Program-made: the position numbers and the translations under genes
Source: an uncultured Holophagales bacterium
Lineage (GTDB): Bacteria; Acidobacteriota; Thermoanaerobaculia; Multivoradales; UBA5704
Reading direction: 5' to 3'
Length of the DNA: 64,000 nt
Assembly: GCA_963842525.1 (NCBI GenBank)
Contig: CAWJGT010000009.1
Coordinates: 192,001 to 256,000, forward strand
In this document: piece after piece, positions 63,369-64,000 of the stretch
Position numbering within the stretch: position 1 is the first letter of the stretch
How the letters are laid out: every line of letters begins with the position of its first letter
Notes under the pieces: generated by a model
What the model saw: the letters and a program-made list of their open reading frames with translations, nothing else
Told to the model about the DNA's origin: nothing
Database searches by the model: none

Positions 63369-63716
63369 GTGGCGAACACCATCCGTCCCCGCATCCGCGT
63401 CCTCCATGGTACCGAGATCGCCCTCGGGCCGGGGAAGGTCGAGCTGCTGGAAGCCATCGAGCGCGCGGGGACTCTGGCGGAGGCGGCCCGCTCTCTCGGC
63501 ATGTCGTACATGCGGGCCTGGAAGCTCCTGCAGACCATGAACGCGTGCTTCCGCCAGCCGCTGGTCGACACGTCCCGCGGCGGTACCGGCCACGGGAAGG
63601 CCACCCTGACCGAGACCGGCCGCACGGCAGTCGCCCTCTACCGCCGCATGGAGGAGGACAGCCTCAAGGCTGTCGAGCCTGCCTGGCGGGCGCTCCTGGA
63701 GCAGCTCGCGGATTGA
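63369..63716 (+). CDS. modE: ModE N-terminal-type winged-helix regulator
   Basis: ALGPGKVELLEAI...GMSYMRAW...RGG..G.ATLT. Confidence 0.8.
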   Translation: MANTIRPRIRVLHGTEIALGPGKVELLEAIERAGTLAEAARSLGMSYMRAWKLLQTMNACFRQPLVDTSRGGTGHGKATLTETGRTAVALYRRMEEDSLKAVEPAWRALLEQLAD

Positions 63717-63732
63717 GCGCGCTCCCTCCTCC

Positions 63733-63756
63733 CGATATAGTTGACCGTAGATAACG
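63733..63756 (+). promoter_or_regulatory. ModE-box-like site
   Basis: CGATATAG...AGATAACG resembles the CGnTATATA..TATATAACG consensus; adjacent to modE. Confidence 0.45.
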
Positions 63757-63798
63757 CGGCTGCTACGCTCTCCCGGACTTCGAGGACAGGAGGGTTCT

Positions 63799-64000
63799 GT
63801 GGCGAACGCAAGAGCCCGTCGGGCAGCTGCTCTGTTCCTTGGACTCTGGGGAACGGCCACGGTCCTGCCGGCGCAGACGCTGGTCGTCGTCAAGCCTGCC
63901 GGCAAGGAGCCGATCCTGGCGGTCGGCGGATTGCTTCAGGTCCAGGCCGATGCCGGCGACCGCGGGGACAGCCGCTTCACCAACGACAACGACCGTTTCT
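63799..64000 (+). CDS. Porin-like protein, 5' part (cut by the window edge)
   Basis: AGGAGG RBS; GTG start; signal peptide; VGGLLQVQAD...DRF resembles the start of OprO/P-like porins. Confidence 0.55.
   Translation, partial: MANARARRAAALFLGLWGTATVLPAQTLVVVKPAGKEPILAVGGLLQVQADAGDRGDSRFTNDNDRF

Overview
GC-rich bacterial window. The gene content (expanded Zn-finger/TPR and XRE-HTH families) suggests Acidobacteriota, probably Thermoanaerobaculia; this is inference. Many single-base frameshifts in housekeeping genes look like long-read consensus errors. Core-like blocks: garD, L-lactate permease, phoU-arsC, phosphate porin and pstSCAB with Pho-box-like repeats, cstA, NhaC, a DAACS symporter, TPR-tonB-exbB-exbD-exbD, psuG, a sigma54 two-component system, tRNA-Ala(CGC) and ModE. 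Accessory DNA contains about 11 toxin-antitoxin modules or remnants, a Y1/IS200-type TnpA with REP-like flanks, an IS110/IS1111-type element with readable bridge-RNA guides and a duplicated right end, an ORF-less group IIC intron in an attC-like hairpin, a TAA-flanked MITE carrying a phased repeat array, and an orphan lanthipeptide-like precursor. Top candidate for a new system: two independent loci where a small peptide gene ending in D-x4-[IM]-D-P-[DN]-G lies 110-125 bp upstream of a CxxC-TPR protein gene. The peptide at 20314-20694 has four cores; the one at 46107-46223 has one core and is missing from the ORF track. XRE-HTH genes flank the first locus. This resembles an RRNPP-like peptide-receptor signalling system in a diderm.
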